IMG/VR virus record: IMGVR_UViG_3300030333_005663 | Location: 1 to 56,405 of that record | Reading direction: 5' to 3' (one strand) | Source of the DNA: a virus | Taxonomy: Duplodnaviria; Caudoviricetes | DNA length: 56,405 nt | Shown: positions 1 through 10,891 of the stretch, piece by piece | Layout of the letters: each line of letters starts with the position of its first letter | Numbering within the stretch: the first letter of the stretch is position 1 | Position numbers and translations under genes: made by a program | The notes under the pieces: generated by a model | The model's database searches: none | What the model was told of the DNA's origin: nothing | What the model saw: the letters and a program-made list of their open reading frames with translations, nothing else

Positions 1-98
1 GCTGTCTTCACTAGTAAATGACCCATCTTCCATCAGAGGTCCGTGAAGTTCTGGTTCATCATCAGGCAACACTCGATTTTGGTCATATGTAGGGTTTT
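1..98. repeat. Terminal direct repeat / circular assembly overlap (copy 1)
   Basis: 1-98 is identical to 56307-56404, and the minus-strand reading frame continues across the join. Confidence 0.95.
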
Positions 99-2301
99 CA
101 TCGGCAGGGCCTAAGTCATCAGGTGCATTGCCTGTCATAACATCATTTAATAAATCTTGAACTGGATGTATCCCTTTATCAGCGGTAGGGGCTTCTGTTG
201 CTAATTTAAAATTACTATCAGCTCCCCATAAGTCTTTAAATTCCTTTTTATATAGTTTGTTCTTTTTAAACTCTTCCCAGCTTAAGTCTCCACCTCTCTT
301 TTTAAAATTAGCAAATTTTTGATATCGCTTTCTATTAGCGCCTTTAGGTAGGTAATAAGTATCCCCAGTATTTACGTCAACAATCTTTCTTCTGCTAGTT
401 GCTTCTCTTGCAATTTTACGGGCATCTTTCTCTTGTTTTTTAAATTCTTCCCAACTAGTATAACTATCTATAGTATCATCTTTTCTAGCTTGGATATATC
501 TAGCATACCTATCCTTATTAGCAAATGCTGGTATTTTAATTACTGTACCATCTGGCATTTGAACATTTCTAGTCGCACCATCTATACCCACTCGCTCTTT
601 AAAAGCTTTAAAGCCAGGAGTTTCTTTGCCTGAAGTTGTTATAATACCATCTTTCCCATGATAATCATAGCCTTTCTTATAATAGGCTCTTTTAGCTTTT
701 TTATCAGCAAAATGAGCTTCTGCTTGAGCTATATTTTTATCACTTCTCTCATCTTCTGCAGTAGCTCTTTTCTTTTCTCTGTTCGCACGATACGTATCTA
801 TCATATCTCTAATAGGTCTTTTCTTTGAAGGCACAAGTTTAGTAAAAGTCTTTCCGTCATATGTCACAGTTTCTGGATCGTCAGAGCCTTTTCCAGGCCA
901 TCTAGATAAAGCATTCTTTTTAGCCATTTGCCTTTTATACCAAGTATTAGTAGTGACGTTATCTATATTCTCTTTAGCCTTAGCTACTGCTTCTTTAGAA
1001 AGCTTTCTATATTCTTCTTTATCAATTACGCCTTCTTGAAGTAAAAAATAAAGATCCTTGTTTTTTTGTATTAAGGTTTGTCTTGCTTCTTCATTAGCTG
1101 CGTTTATCTTAGGAGTACCAAATATATTCTGAAGAAGAGTGGTGTTTTCATCGCTTTTAGGGAATATAGTTTTTCGAATATCTTTCTTAGTTTGCTCTAT
1201 ATCTTTGCCAAACTGTTCAAATCCACCTTCTCCAAAAAACTTTAAACTTTTATCTAATAATCCTGCACCTGCCATCAGTTCAACTGTTCTTTGAGCTCCT
1301 GTAAGACCTTTCCTTCCAATAGGATTGAAATATCCAGCAGCTCCTAAAGTTGCAGCCCCAATTGCTTGTTGAGCAGGTTTTCTCCACCAAGGAACCTTAT
1401 GCCCTGGAGCCGAATCATTCATAGCATCCCATCCAGTTCTAAATCCCTGAACCCTACTCATTAATCCACCTGGATTAACTTGGAAATCACCATCTTCACC
1501 AATAGTCCAGTCTAAATCATCAAGCTTTGGATATGTTCCAGTGGTTTCAACCTTTGTATTACCGTCCCATCCTTCTATATATTTATTGAATTTTTTACGC
1601 TGAGTGTCTTTATCCATGTCTTGCCAGCCAGGATTTACCTCTTTCCACAGTGCTTCTAGTTTTTCGAAGTCTTGAAGGTCCTCGTTACGTCCAACATATT
1701 TGCCTTGTCTAGCTCCAGCAATTCCACTCTGCCAGAACTCTTTATCAAATAATGGCATAAGCTTTCCTGAATATTTATCTGTCGGAGCCCCAAGCCATCC
1801 TCTCATTACTGTAGGAGATGTAGCTTCGTCATATCTTTTATATTCATCGTAGAATTTTTTATGTAGTTCAGGGTCTTCTAGCCTATTCCATATTCCCTCT
1901 TGAGCGGCGGTAATTTTCGCTTCTTCAGTAGTACCTAACCAATCTGTAAGCCTATCTATCATTCCATCACGACCAGTTCTAGACCTAAACTGAACCTTCC
2001 CTTTGTTATCTACTTCAAATTGAGGCTTCATTGTTGTGTAGAAATCCTCATAATCATCAAACATTGCCATTGAAGGATGGTCTTGAAGTTCAGTCTCCCA
2101 CATATCCTTAATTATCTTATCACTCCAAGCTCTTTTAGAGCCTTCAAATTCAGGCTTGAAAGTCTTACCCAATAAACCTGTAAGACCTCCCTCTACAGCC
2201 TTGCCAAGCATTGCTCCTTGAGTATAGCCTAAGTCCTTCCATGTCTCAGCCATCTGAGCATTGGAGTAAGCTATTGGTGAAAAATCTACATTAAATGCCA
2301 T
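1..2301 (-). CDS. 5' part of an origin-spanning ~952-aa internal virion/ejection protein (continues at 56306..55749)
   Basis: ATG at 2301 after GGAGAATAA. I translated 767 stop-free codons (MAFNVDFSPIAYSNAQMAETWKDLG...) that run in frame into the 55749..56378 ORF. Absent from the ORF track because it crosses the window edge. Confidence 0.85.
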   Translation of the reverse strand, partial: MAFNVDFSPIAYSNAQMAETWKDLGYTQGAMLGKAVEGGLTGLLGKTFKPEFEGSKRAWSDKIIKDMWETELQDHPSMAMFDDYEDFYTTMKPQFEVDNKGKVQFRSRTGRDGMIDRLTDWLGTTEEAKITAAQEGIWNRLEDPELHKKFYDEYKRYDEATSPTVMRGWLGAPTDKYSGKLMPLFDKEFWQSGIAGARQGKYVGRNEDLQDFEKLEALWKEVNPGWQDMDKDTQRKKFNKYIEGWDGNTKVETTGTYPKLDDLDWTIGEDGDFQVNPGGLMSRVQGFRTGWDAMNDSAPGHKVPWWRKPAQQAIGAATLGAAGYFNPIGRKGLTGAQRTVELMAGAGLLDKSLKFFGEGGFEQFGKDIEQTKKDIRKTIFPKSDENTTLLQNIFGTPKINAANEEARQTLIQKNKDLYFLLQEGVIDKEEYRKLSKEAVAKAKENIDNVTTNTWYKRQMAKKNALSRWPGKGSDDPETVTYDGKTFTKLVPSKKRPIRDMIDTYRANREKKRATAEDERSDKNIAQAEAHFADKKAKRAYYKKGYDYHGKDGIITTSGKETPGFKAFKERVGIDGATRNVQMPDGTVIKIPAFANKDRYARYIQARKDDTIDSYTSWEEFKKQEKDARKIAREATSRRKIVDVNTGDTYYLPKGANRKRYQKFANFKKRGGDLSWEEFKKNKLYKKEFKDLWGADSNFKLATEAPTADKGIHPVQDLLNDVMTGNAPDDLGPADENPTYDQNRVLPDDEPELHGPLMEDGSFTSEDS

Positions 2302-2312
2302 TTATTCTCCTA

Positions 2313-3029
2313 TCACGATCCATCAGGTAAAGTTTCTGTTGCAGACCAGTCCCAAGCATTAATAAAATCTCCACTAGCTCCTGCTAGTCCCTGGGCGAAT
2401 CCACCCCACACATTAGCGTTGTGCATATTCTCGCCAGTTATTTTATTTATATAAGCATTAGCCATTGTTGAACCATATGACTGTTCTGATTGTAATTGCG
2501 TATTAAACATTGTAGCACCCATTCCATACAAGCTGTTAGCTTGTTTTTGAGTATCCATTAAATAATTTCTCCAATTATTCGCTAAAGCAGTATCTGCATT
2601 TCTATTTAAATTTTGGTTTTGAGCTATAACTTGCGAGGCATTTATACTTCCATCAGCAGAAGTCAGATTTCTGTTTTGATTTCTTAATATCATAGCCATA
2701 TTATTAGCTGAGTCTTCTTGAAAATAGTTTCTTTGTGTCTGGTTATATTGGCTAGCAGGGTTCCATAAGTCTTGAGCTTTGCCCCACAATTCTGCACCTC
2801 TAACTCCAAATTGATTGCCCAGTTCCCTTGCGTTATCAAGATATCCAGTACCAGCATCATTACTTAATTGAGTTAAGTCTAAACTTTGATATGAATCTGA
2901 AGCATGTTGAGCAGCTAAATAAGACCCAATCAAACTAACCCCACCCATTATAAGCGGGAGATATTGTTTATCATTACCCATAGGGCCATTCTGAACCCAA
3001 CCTTCAATATTATTTAATAATTTATTCAT
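2313..3029 (-). CDS. Putative internal virion/ejection (pilot) protein
   Basis: Gly/Ala hydrophobic N-terminal helix (LPLIMGGVSLIGSYLAA), Q/N-rich helical body, Gly-rich C-terminus; lies after the tail genes. Confidence 0.55.
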   Translation of the reverse strand: MNKLLNNIEGWVQNGPMGNDKQYLPLIMGGVSLIGSYLAAQHASDSYQSLDLTQLSNDAGTGYLDNARELGNQFGVRGAELWGKAQDLWNPASQYNQTQRNYFQEDSANNMAMILRNQNRNLTSADGSINASQVIAQNQNLNRNADTALANNWRNYLMDTQKQANSLYGMGATMFNTQLQSEQSYGSTMANAYINKITGENMHNANVWGGFAQGLAGASGDFINAWDWSATETLPDGS

Positions 3030-3071
3030 AATATGCCTTTATTCTTAAAATTCGCCAATATAATATATGAA

Positions 3072-3680
3072 TTATCCAATAGTTTTTCCAACATTAATAT
3101 CCATATCTACCTCTTTTTCAATATCTTTCAAATTGAATAGTTCTTTATTGCTTAGATTTCTAAGTAATAAGTTTAAATTATTAGTCATTTGTTCTAATTG
3201 ATTTTCAAGACTAGCAATCCTATCAAATTGTGCATTAAAGTGAGTTAATTGCCCAGCAGTCAATTCTCCAGTTTCTAACCCTTCTGAAGGAGGGTCAGAC
3301 TTCCATGTCGAAGGAACCTCATAGCTACGTAATTCCTCGGGCATTTTAGCGGAAAAAGTTTTCCAATTATCAGCTCCCATTATCTCGATAGCATTAGTTC
3401 CAAATCCATCTCCTGTTTCCTTAATGCGCATAGTTCCTGTTTCACTAGTAAGTCTTCCCATTTGGGGGTTTCTAGCTTCTCTAACTACTCTTCTTTTAGC
3501 AGGTTGAACCATTCTATTTTGAAGATTCCCTAAAACTTCCCATATTTGATCTAAAGAAGATGTAACTTCATAATCGTCAATATCCCCAACTCTTTGCTCT
3601 ACGTGTACAGGATTCCTGGAAGCTGAACTTCTTCTAGCTATAGGTTTTCTTGTACTTCTTTTTAAGGTTGAATTAGACAT
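3072..3680 (-). CDS. Hypothetical virion-associated protein
   Basis: 202-aa ORF coupled to the nozzle gene by a TAATG overlap; coiled-coil C-terminus. Confidence 0.6.
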   Translation of the reverse strand: MSNSTLKRSTRKPIARRSSASRNPVHVEQRVGDIDDYEVTSSLDQIWEVLGNLQNRMVQPAKRRVVREARNPQMGRLTSETGTMRIKETGDGFGTNAIEIMGADNWKTFSAKMPEELRSYEVPSTWKSDPPSEGLETGELTAGQLTHFNAQFDRIASLENQLEQMTNNLNLLLRNLSNKELFNLKDIEKEVDMDINVGKTIG

Positions 3681-6600
3681 TATTTTACAGGTTTCCTTCT
3701 ATATATAATTTCAAAAGATTCAAGTTTTAATTCCCCATGCATATCAGTATGGTTAGACTCTATAGGATATCCTCCAGCTTGGTCAGTAGCTTTTGGTCCA
3801 TGAAAAGCAGCTTCAGCTGTTGTCTCTTCATTAGGGTCTCCAAAATATACAGCTATTGCATTTCCTTTAGCATCAGAATTAAGATGAAACTCTACAACAC
3901 AAACATCGTATATATCATTCTTACTAGTCTCCCATTGTTCTTGAGTGAACTTTTTGGGTAACATTCTAATTCCATCAACATATATCCCAATAGCTCCTCT
4001 ACATTGCTCTATAGGATTTGTCTGAAGGTTGGCAACTGCCTCTTGATTGATTTCAGTTTCTTTCATCTCTCCAGTGCTTGCATCTCTAGAATGCTTAATA
4101 TATTTCCATGCATATTTATTCCAAGCATAATTAGCATCACCTTCTCCTGGCTCATGTTTCAATGCGCTTGTGCCTGAATAATTATAATTATGTATCCATA
4201 CATTCGATAAATCTTCACTAGGCTCTACCTTTGGAACCAGTAATTTAACTTTAACTTTTTTAAATACTTTAGTTTGAGTAGAAGATCCTAAATTCATTTC
4301 ATGAGATTTCCATCTCCATTTTTTGTTATACCAATCTTCTTCATAGCTTTCAGGAAGCGCGTCACCACCACCTACAGTTACAACCCTAGAATAATTTTCC
4401 CCAGTTATAGTAAGAGTTTCATTCTTCATGCCAGTAGTAGTGGTATTCATATTATATAAAATATCATTTATTCCATCTTGCTGCATGTCCCATCTTTGGA
4501 AAGTCGTATTATAAGACCATCTATGCTCTTTAGATAAAACAAAGGTAAAAGCTTGATTTTTTGGATCATAATATACAAAAGGCTGGAAATCAGAGTGTTT
4601 TTTTAATAAGTCGAATATCCCTGTATGATGAACATTATCTTTCCTAATTGGCATACCTATGGGCTCTACACGACCTCCTTGCATCATATATATGTTATCT
4701 GGACCAAGCCATGCCATAATATTTGCAGTTGAAGTTACGCAATTCTTATTTTTACACCCAATATAGTTATACTCTTCTTCAATAGATAAAGATTGAGGAT
4801 TAATTCTAAACATTTGATTAGAAGTGAACACAAAAAGCCTGCCATTAAAATTGTGCATAGCTGTAGGTTTTGCTTTTAGTGTAATGAAATCTTGAGCCCA
4901 GTTAAACTGAGACCAAGCTCCCCCAAGAGCAGATTCTCTATTAGATACAAATATTGTTCTAGGCCATTCACTGTCTTCGATTCCAAAAACAGCGGCTTCC
5001 CTAGGAACATCTACATCTCCAACAAACAATGTACTTCCCACATTAGCAGCTAATCCATAATTTACATATGAAGTGCCAAGAGTTTCTGGCATTCCATTTA
5101 ATATACTATAAGTTGCAGCAGGATTGTTTTCACTTAATACTGTAACCCTATAATATTGAACCTGATAACTCGATTGAGCTCCTTCAGGCCAAGAAATCAT
5201 CTCGCCTTCAGTTGTTTTAGCATCAATTTCCTTTAAAAGTCTATATTCTCCCCATTCATGATTATTTATAGGGTCAGTTGAAGAAACATATATGTTTACA
5301 TGAGTTACCCTTGGATTTAAATTATCTGCAAAACCTCTATATAATAATACATTAAGTTGAATAGCATCATGAGCAGTAGTAGCCTTAAAGCTATCTCCAT
5401 TGATATCTTGTTTAACATCCATTTCGTAGTAAAATTCAGTTAAAGGACTTTCCTGATGTCCATCATATGTTAACGATGTTTTAAACCTGTATTTCCTATC
5501 AACCTTCCATAAATGGCTTAATAGCGCTACATCCGTATTTCCATAAATTAAACTATTTTGCAAATCAATGTCTTCATAAGCTTGGTCATGCCATTCAGTA
5601 GTATCTGCATAAGTTCTGCCATCTGTCATGCCAGTTGCTGGATGAGCATGGGAAGACATTCCAGTTGCTGTGACGATTATATTCGGTTGTTTTTCATTTT
5701 CACTTTCAATAGAGGTTGGATCTTCTTGATGCACTTCAACAGTTTTGTTCGAGGCATTCGCCGTAAAAGGAATTGTATGCCAAGTAAGAGGATTGCTAGT
5801 TTGATTAGATGAGCCCATAGCTCTAAAGGGACTAGACCAAGATATAGCATCTGCGAATGGACCACTATACTCAGTAGTATAATCTGTATCATCATCTAAA
5901 TTAGCAACACCTAAATTTGAAGGTGACATCCCCACCTTCAAGTTACTTAAAGAAAAGTCCCCTGAAGATTCTACCATTTTATAGGTATTGGTATCCAAAG
6001 ACATCGATGCTGATGCAAATATTGGCTTTACGACACCCATTTGATTCCATTCAGTAGAATTTCCTCCTTCTGCACTCAAGTCAACAGTATCTTGATTAAC
6101 AGTAATGGAATTGCTTGTATTTGTATGCCCTCCCATAGGTGGATCAACTGTAATTTTCTTCCCACTTATCATAGGTGCTATTCCCCAAGGAATAGATTCT
6201 CCACCCGTGTAAGTTCCACCTTGCTTCCCAGACTTATGATTACTATTAGCTAGGTCTCCAGTAAAATCTCCTAACCAGAAAGAATTTAATTTAACTCCAC
6301 CATTTGCTGCTTGAAGCATTAGGGTTAATCTTCCTCCTTGAGTATTTGTAGAGCTTCCAGACCCCAATGTTCTATTGCTAGTAATTAAAGATGAGATTGT
6401 TTCTGGATTAAAAATACTATCTTCTGGGTCTAATACATCGCATTGATTAGTAACCCAACCTCCCATTATATATTTAGTACCAGCTTTATTAACAGTTTCT
6501 CTGCCTATAACACCCATAGTACTAGACGTAGACATCCAACTCAAACCACCAGAACCACTAAGGCTATGCAAGTGATTTCTCCAGTCATCTTCCCAATCAG

Positions 6601-9600
6601 CAGCACCTGTTCCATTATCTATATCTCTAACAAGCCCAGCATTCCAAGTAGGGCCTTGTAAGTTATTCCACGTTCCACCAGGATTCGTACTAGATGATGC
6701 ATATCCCGTGACATCACTCCAGACCACTGAATGTGGGCTGCCAATATAGTATTTCACGCTATCTGGAGTTAATTTTAATGTATCAAATTGCGCTTGACTT
6801 TTCCATTGTCCTTTTAAACTAGCAGTATTAGTATCTCTTGTCCAGAAGCCCTTACCATCTTGCTCTCCAGTTGCTTCTATTGGAGTCATACCCCATTTAC
6901 CACCTGCACCACCTGTTAAACTTATAGCTGTATTTGTCAGAAGAAACATTCTTTTTTTCGTATTATTATAGCATACATTCTCTGGTCTAGCTACATGATT
7001 CTCTTCTCCGTTATATCTTGTTGAAACTCCTCCAGTCTTTTTAACTAAATGATGATATAATCCATCTAGTGGAGCTGCATTGATTGTCCATTCTTCTGTA
7101 GCATCAATTCCAATCTCAGGAGTTAACCTTTCTTGAGGCATATTTAAACACTTCAGAGAAATAGTACCATCTCCATACCAATTTTCATAGCCAGCCTCCG
7201 CTGAACTATTAGTAGATATCCCAGAACTTCTAGGAATAGGCCATCGTCTTTTATGGGGAAATTTAGTTCCATCGTTAGGCGTAGTTTCGAAATTAGCAGC
7301 ACCTTGGTTTGGAAACTCGTAACTAGGGTCGTCATCAGCATATTCGCAGCCATTACAATCATATCTATTTATAAATATTACTGTGCCTTGTGGAGATGCA
7401 TCCACTGCATCTCTAGTTGTTTTTTGCGGAAAGTACCAGCTATTCTCATTAGGATGTGCTTCTTCTGTATTTACATTATGAGGTGTTGTATTATGAGCTA
7501 TCCATTCTGGCCCGTCAGTTCCAAAAAAGGTATCATATGCCCAGCTAAATGTAAATAATTCATAACCAGCAATCCAATTTGCTCTCCAGTTCTGTGAGCT
7601 TTTACCTATTGCAAATGGGAAAAACACCATATTCCATCCAAATGCATTATCTGGATGCCAAAAATCTCCATTGGGAGGTTGCTCAGAAGAACTATTTATA
7701 TCACCGCCAGCCCATAAAGTTCCATCTCCATTTCTAAGATAGTCAGTATAATTAGAACCACTAGTCCAATCTCTTTCTATATAAAGATTACTTACAGGTT
7801 CAAAGTACTTTAAGCAAAAGCCATAATGAGTAGCATAAACATGCTCGCCTCCACTACCACTTGTATCTCCCCACCATCTAGGGTTACTTGGAACTCCAAA
7901 AGAAACTTTACCCACCTCTGTCATTAAATTATCATCATCATTCAGACCATTAGCTAATGGATAAAAAACTCCATCTGTTATTTGAGCTCCACCTGGTTGC
8001 CCATCTGCATCGTATGTATGTGTTGTTTCATATAATGAGCCTTTAACCATATCTCCTTGACCATTACCAGCCCACTCTCCAGGGTAGGCTCTACTGTAAG
8101 GATTAGCAGCATTTGTATGTTTGTTTTCTTGCCAATTATCACTTTTATATGTTTTTAACCCGCCACCAAATAAACTAGTAAAAGCTCCTTCAAAACTCAT
8201 AACTAACCCTACATAATTCTCATGTTCAGGGATTCTTACTAGTGGAAATCTAGGATATGCTATTTTGGGAGATTCCATTTGAGTTATAGCCCATCCATCA
8301 TGAGCAGGACTATCATGTCCATTTCTTTTATCTGGATCTAAATTAGTAAAACAATTAAACATCTTTGGAAATTCTCTTGGCCCTAATGCATTCATCATTC
8401 GAACTCTATTAACAATACCCACTCCAGCATTAGATGCTCTTGATTGAACCAAATTATCTCCCACATTATACATTTCTGGAGCTTTTGAGCCATATGCAAC
8501 TGAATGTCCTGCAGTTAATTCAAAACCTTCATCATAAAAAGGTTCATCATCAGTATGTGGAGGCCAATTGTCTGCAGAAGTACTGTCTGAGGCCTCTATC
8601 GTATTTAATTCTTTTTTACTATACCAATTTCTCCAATTCATTAAACCAGTCCAGCCTATTCCATGCCCCATAGTAACTCCTTCATACGGAGTATTATAAG
8701 CATCATATCTATTTCCTTGAGTTAAATCAGACAGCCCGTCTCTATATACACCTGAAGGGTTGGTAGTTTCATTGTATTCTCCCATAAACTGATGAATGTC
8801 AAATCTCACCCTAGTTCCATCATGAGGTCCTAAAGAATATGTAGGGAAAAAGCCAGGGTTCAAATCTATAACAGCATGTTGTTCGTTCCCTATATAGCTA
8901 TCTAACCATTCTGAATATCTTCCAGGCCAAGCTCTCATAGACAAATGCCCACCTTTATCATGTCTATGAAACCATCCTGATGTTATTCCAAACATACCTA
9001 CTCCACCTGCAGTTGGCCATTCATCTGCTCGAAAAGGATGTCTCCTCATTTCATACCAAGGACTAGATGAGCCTTCAGTGTAATTAGCAAGCCAATGAAT
9101 CTTATTAGCTCCTAACCCATTGTCAACATATCCCCATGGTCTATGAGTATAAGAAGTATAACCATATGTAGAAACAGCGTCACCTACACTATTTCCTCTA
9201 GGGATTAATACTGTTCCAGTGTTGTCCATAACTGTACCTTTGTTAGTCCAGTTTTGAGCAGCAGGAGAAAACTTTGTCCAGCGATATAACCACATCATAT
9301 CGTAAAAAATCCATTGAGATAATCCATTTTTAACTGGAGTGTCATAATACCACTTATGACCTCCAGAATTATTACCAGGCCAATTGTTCCATAAATAAGA
9401 ATCTCCATAAGTAGGTAAAGCAGCTTGACCTCCACGCATCCATCTAAAATCAGGATTCGTCGTCCCAGCTAATTGATATCCTATTTTAGGATAATGCCAA
9501 TAGCTAGATCTATCTCTAAACCTCACACTTTTTAGGTCCGAAGTTATAACTGTTTTTATTTGGCTGGACAATGTTTGAGAGTCATCGTTTAAATCTGCGT

Positions 9601-10891
9601 TAGTACAATTCCATAAATTTCTAGCACTGTGATTCGGCTTATGCCAAATATTATTCTTAAAAACATCTCCTCTATAGCTATCTTCAGCGTGTCCAGTATT
9701 TACTCCAAATAAATATTTATGAGGATTGAATGTAGGATGATTATTCCAACTTCCTCCAATATTACAAAAATGAGTCATAGCATCTGGAGTTTCAAGTAAT
9801 CTGGATTGCTCTTCAGTTATCCAGCCTGTCATGCTTGGGGCTACTGGCATATGGTCTGCAGGATTTCCTGGCAACTGAGTGTTTACAGTACAAACCCATA
9901 TAATCTCTTCATCAGCAGATTTTTTAGTGGTTAGTATATCTCTTCCACCTTTCATTATATAATTATCGTAAAATCCAACTAAAGAATCATTTATTGCAAC
10001 TACTATATTATTATTTACATAGTCCATGTTAGTTTCGTTTCTAAGGTCATCCGTTCCGTCTGCACTAGTAAATCCTAGGAGGCATTCTCTAGTGTAAAGC
10101 TCCATTGAAGAATCGAAATTATTTAAATCTATTTTATATTTTGTAATAACATTGCGTCCTTCTACTTCTTTTAATACCCAGATTATATCAGTTTCAACTA
10201 AACTGTCTGTAATTGATATTATCTTACCTCCTAAAGAAGGAGAAAAACTTCCTTCTACATCATCTGCAGATTGTTTCCATAAAAACAACCTGTCAGGCAT
10301 TGTAGCTGAGTACCCTATATTAGAAGCTGGATCACTGAAAGTAGTAGTATTTGTCACTACTTTATCAATATCTGATAAAAATGAAGATGCACTTAGCTCA
10401 CCTAAGCAAAGCTTATAACCTTGGTTATTAACTCCAAATTGCTTCGTATCAAAATATTTAACAAAATAAGAAGGAGCGTTAGGTCCTAATCCTATAAATA
10501 GAGAATTAGCTTTTTTCTCAAAGCATATATTAGTATGTCCAGCAGTGGCTAATTTAGATATATTTTCTACAGTTGAGTAACTATTGTAAAAGTTCTTTAT
10601 TACTTTCAACCAGCCATCGCTTTTATCATAATAGATAATATCTTTTGAATCTACAGTATCTCCAGCGACAGTTTTGTGAGTGTCTAACACATCCATAAGC
10701 CAAGCAGATGTGAAGGAACTAGCAGGATGTATTAAGTCGGAATCAATTCCCTTTAATAATCCTTTTTCTGAAACTGGCTCTATATTTTTAGCATATACGC
10801 TAGCTTCTCCAAGTCCCTCCATATCTTCTCTTGAAGTTACTGTATAGGTACCTTGAGTAAACTTTTGTACTTTGTACGATTGTTTAGGCAT
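3680..10891 (-). CDS. Giant tail nozzle/stabilisation protein (P22 gp10 / T7 gp12-like termini) with a very large insertion
   Basis: 2403 aa. N-terminus MPKQSYKVQKFTQG; C-terminal beta-propeller-like segments (GRLFVFTSNQMFRI, WLGPDNIYMMQGGRVEPIG) and a WRWKSHEMNLG..KVFKKVK motif typical of podovirus tail tubular protein B. Confidence 0.6.
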   Translation of the reverse strand: MPKQSYKVQKFTQGTYTVTSREDMEGLGEASVYAKNIEPVSEKGLLKGIDSDLIHPASSFTSAWLMDVLDTHKTVAGDTVDSKDIIYYDKSDGWLKVIKNFYNSYSTVENISKLATAGHTNICFEKKANSLFIGLGPNAPSYFVKYFDTKQFGVNNQGYKLCLGELSASSFLSDIDKVVTNTTTFSDPASNIGYSATMPDRLFLWKQSADDVEGSFSPSLGGKIISITDSLVETDIIWVLKEVEGRNVITKYKIDLNNFDSSMELYTRECLLGFTSADGTDDLRNETNMDYVNNNIVVAINDSLVGFYDNYIMKGGRDILTTKKSADEEIIWVCTVNTQLPGNPADHMPVAPSMTGWITEEQSRLLETPDAMTHFCNIGGSWNNHPTFNPHKYLFGVNTGHAEDSYRGDVFKNNIWHKPNHSARNLWNCTNADLNDDSQTLSSQIKTVITSDLKSVRFRDRSSYWHYPKIGYQLAGTTNPDFRWMRGGQAALPTYGDSYLWNNWPGNNSGGHKWYYDTPVKNGLSQWIFYDMMWLYRWTKFSPAAQNWTNKGTVMDNTGTVLIPRGNSVGDAVSTYGYTSYTHRPWGYVDNGLGANKIHWLANYTEGSSSPWYEMRRHPFRADEWPTAGGVGMFGITSGWFHRHDKGGHLSMRAWPGRYSEWLDSYIGNEQHAVIDLNPGFFPTYSLGPHDGTRVRFDIHQFMGEYNETTNPSGVYRDGLSDLTQGNRYDAYNTPYEGVTMGHGIGWTGLMNWRNWYSKKELNTIEASDSTSADNWPPHTDDEPFYDEGFELTAGHSVAYGSKAPEMYNVGDNLVQSRASNAGVGIVNRVRMMNALGPREFPKMFNCFTNLDPDKRNGHDSPAHDGWAITQMESPKIAYPRFPLVRIPEHENYVGLVMSFEGAFTSLFGGGLKTYKSDNWQENKHTNAANPYSRAYPGEWAGNGQGDMVKGSLYETTHTYDADGQPGGAQITDGVFYPLANGLNDDDNLMTEVGKVSFGVPSNPRWWGDTSGSGGEHVYATHYGFCLKYFEPVSNLYIERDWTSGSNYTDYLRNGDGTLWAGGDINSSSEQPPNGDFWHPDNAFGWNMVFFPFAIGKSSQNWRANWIAGYELFTFSWAYDTFFGTDGPEWIAHNTTPHNVNTEEAHPNENSWYFPQKTTRDAVDASPQGTVIFINRYDCNGCEYADDDPSYEFPNQGAANFETTPNDGTKFPHKRRWPIPRSSGISTNSSAEAGYENWYGDGTISLKCLNMPQERLTPEIGIDATEEWTINAAPLDGLYHHLVKKTGGVSTRYNGEENHVARPENVCYNNTKKRMFLLTNTAISLTGGAGGKWGMTPIEATGEQDGKGFWTRDTNTASLKGQWKSQAQFDTLKLTPDSVKYYIGSPHSVVWSDVTGYASSSTNPGGTWNNLQGPTWNAGLVRDIDNGTGAADWEDDWRNHLHSLSGSGGLSWMSTSSTMGVIGRETVNKAGTKYIMGGWVTNQCDVLDPEDSIFNPETISSLITSNRTLGSGSSTNTQGGRLTLMLQAANGGVKLNSFWLGDFTGDLANSNHKSGKQGGTYTGGESIPWGIAPMISGKKITVDPPMGGHTNTSNSITVNQDTVDLSAEGGNSTEWNQMGVVKPIFASASMSLDTNTYKMVESSGDFSLSNLKVGMSPSNLGVANLDDDTDYTTEYSGPFADAISWSSPFRAMGSSNQTSNPLTWHTIPFTANASNKTVEVHQEDPTSIESENEKQPNIIVTATGMSSHAHPATGMTDGRTYADTTEWHDQAYEDIDLQNSLIYGNTDVALLSHLWKVDRKYRFKTSLTYDGHQESPLTEFYYEMDVKQDINGDSFKATTAHDAIQLNVLLYRGFADNLNPRVTHVNIYVSSTDPINNHEWGEYRLLKEIDAKTTEGEMISWPEGAQSSYQVQYYRVTVLSENNPAATYSILNGMPETLGTSYVNYGLAANVGSTLFVGDVDVPREAAVFGIEDSEWPRTIFVSNRESALGGAWSQFNWAQDFITLKAKPTAMHNFNGRLFVFTSNQMFRINPQSLSIEEEYNYIGCKNKNCVTSTANIMAWLGPDNIYMMQGGRVEPIGMPIRKDNVHHTGIFDLLKKHSDFQPFVYYDPKNQAFTFVLSKEHRWSYNTTFQRWDMQQDGINDILYNMNTTTTGMKNETLTITGENYSRVVTVGGGDALPESYEEDWYNKKWRWKSHEMNLGSSTQTKVFKKVKVKLLVPKVEPSEDLSNVWIHNYNYSGTSALKHEPGEGDANYAWNKYAWKYIKHSRDASTGEMKETEINQEAVANLQTNPIEQCRGAIGIYVDGIRMLPKKFTQEQWETSKNDIYDVCVVEFHLNSDAKGNAIAVYFGDPNEETTAEAAFHGPKATDQAGGYPIESNHTDMHGELKLESFEIIYRRKPVK

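Noticed and set aside
1-98. Terminal repeat as a biological DTR
   Set aside because: It falls mid-gene and its ~99-nt length fits an assembler k-mer overlap; it shows circularity only
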